From: an uncultured cyanobacterium
GTDB lineage: Bacteria; Cyanobacteriota; Cyanobacteriia; Leptolyngbyales; Leptolyngbyaceae
Assembly (NCBI GenBank): GCA_963766075.1
Contig: CAVYAN010000095.1
Location: 1-40,713 of the forward strand
Reading direction: 5' to 3'
Length of the DNA: 40,713 nt
The translations under genes and the position numbers were made by a program. A model generated the notes under the pieces. The model had not been told where the DNA came from. It did not search any database and was given only the letters and a program-made list of their open reading frames with translations. Shown here piece by piece: positions 39,320 through 40,713 of the stretch; positions within the stretch are counted from its first letter, which is position 1, and every line of letters starts with the position of its first letter.

Positions 39320-40439
39320 CTAACGTTCCAGCCGTTGCAGGGCCAAGGCCCGGTTTTGTTGGGCGCGGGCATCGCTGGGATTTAGGGCCAAGACCTGGTC
39401 ATAGCTAGCGACGGCTTCGGCAAAACGCCCCAGGCTGACCAGAACGCTGCCCCGATTATTCCAGGCCCGGTAGTCTTGGGGGCGCAATTTCAAGGCTTCG
39501 TCGTAGCTGATCACGGCTTCCGCCAGATGGCCAAGGTTTTTGAGGGCAACGCCGCGATTAAACCAGGCTTCGTAATAGTCGGGTTTGAGTTCGAGGGTGT
39601 GGTCGTAACTGGCGATCGCGCCAGCATAGTCGGCCAATTTCATGAAGCAGGCGCTGCGGCCATACCAGGCCCCCAAATTACTGGGCTGGGCTGCTACCAC
39701 GGGGTCATAGTCTGCGATCGCGTCGGCATAGCGGGCGACTTGTTTGAGGCAGGTGGCCCGCTGGTAGAGTGTTTCGACATCGGTGCTATCCCGCATTAAT
39801 ACCTGATCGTAGCGTTCGATCGCCCCTTCATAGTTTCCCAGAGCCACGAGGGCATCACCGCAGTTGCGGTAGGCGGTGATTTGCTCCGGGTCTAGGGCAA
39901 TCGAATCGCTCAAAATGCTGAATGGCTGCGTCGTATTCGCTTAAGGCGAGTAGCGTTAGCCCTTGCCCACACCAGGCCGCGGCATCATCGGATTGGGTAG
40001 CCAGAATGTGCTGAAAGCGATCGCGAGCACGGTTGTACTGTCCTGCGCCATAACAACTGAGCGCCAAACTATAGTGGCCGTTGGGAAAGTCGGGCTGGAG
40101 TTGCAGGGCGGTTTCAAAATAGGTGATGGCCTGTTCGTAGTCTGCGGACAGGTAGGTGGCCCAGCCAGCACTGTATTGGATGAAGGCATCGGTGGCACAA
40201 ATGTTGAGGGCCTGTGCAAAGCAGGTGAGGGCTTCGGCAAGTTGTCCTAAATTGACCAAAGCGTTACCCCACTCACTCCAGGCGGCGGCGTGATCGGGTT
40301 GAATCTGGGTAGCCTGCTGAAACTGGGCGATCGCGGCGGCATATTCCTGCTGCTGCAACAATTCGAGGCCCTGGTCAAACAGGGTGTCAACACTGAGGGT
40401 TTCCAGATGAGCAATTTTGGTCGGATTGAAGACGGTCAT
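39320..40439 (-). CDS. Tetratricopeptide-repeat protein, with a +1 frameshift near 39905
   Basis: 34-aa TPR units (AW.NRG.AL..LG...EA...YD.AL.L.P) in both ORFs. Removing one base joins QHFER to SIALDPEQ. Start uncertain (40439-40517). Confidence 0.85.
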
Positions 40440-40543
40440 AGAAGGCCCCATATCAGGAGGTGGCTGCACAGCGGAGGATACTGTTAATAGAGTGCCCACG
40501 GATAACAGGGTGTCCACATGAATGGTGAGATTTGCTACCGTTG

Positions 40544-40713
40544 TCAGGCTCCGACCTCGGTTGACTCATCCCGGTCTGATGTGTATTCGTGGCGAAATTG
40601 GGCGACGACCTGATCTAAGCCGACGGCGCAATTCGATCAGCAAGCAATAACAATAAGCCATTCCGGTGGAAATGGTCAAACTCGGCATCAGTCGCGGTAG
40701 TGGTCGGTAGGGG
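40544..40713 (-). CDS. Possible 3' end of an unidentified gene running off the window
   Basis: The - strand reads PLPTTTATDAEFDHFHRNGLLLLLADRIA, then either stops at about 40615 or continues with a 1-base shift as VGLDQVVAQFRHEY...GA*. Confidence 0.3.

Noticed and set aside
1..40713. Frequent GCGATCGC octamers as a novel repeat; tRNA or rRNA genes
   Set aside because: The octamer is the known cyanobacterial HIP1. I recognised no tRNA or rRNA by eye; tRNAscan-SE and Rfam would be needed to exclude them.

Overview
A 40.7-kb cyanobacterial chromosomal segment, judged by abundant HIP1 GCGATCGC octamers and genes such as psaL, pex, hik2 and ccb1. In order: 3' part of a GAF histidine kinase; an orphan MNT nucleotidyltransferase; a sugar ABC substrate-binding protein; a HAD hydrolase and a GT39 glycosyltransferase arranged head-to-head; a cyanobacterial kdpA-kdpB-kdpG(F-like)-kdpC-kdpD(truncated) operon; a hypothetical gene; a cluster of two DUF2231-like genes, a CuA-less heme-copper oxidase (ARTO-type ctaCDE) and an atypical GMC flavoprotein; a P-type ATPase; an SLH protein; a conserved core block (hik2, DUF3155, ccb1, pex, NarL regulator, DUF3611, NFACT/rqcH, remA-like, gmk, psaL, rpsD, yidD, nagA, purE); an AT-rich, HIP1-free island with a DUF262 + HEPN two-gene cassette (candidate defence system) bracketed by two copies of a 189-bp MITE with 16-bp TIRs and 9-bp TSDs; and a TPR gene. 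At least six single-base frameshifts interrupt five otherwise intact genes and are probably consensus errors. All family assignments come from motif recognition by eye, not database searches.
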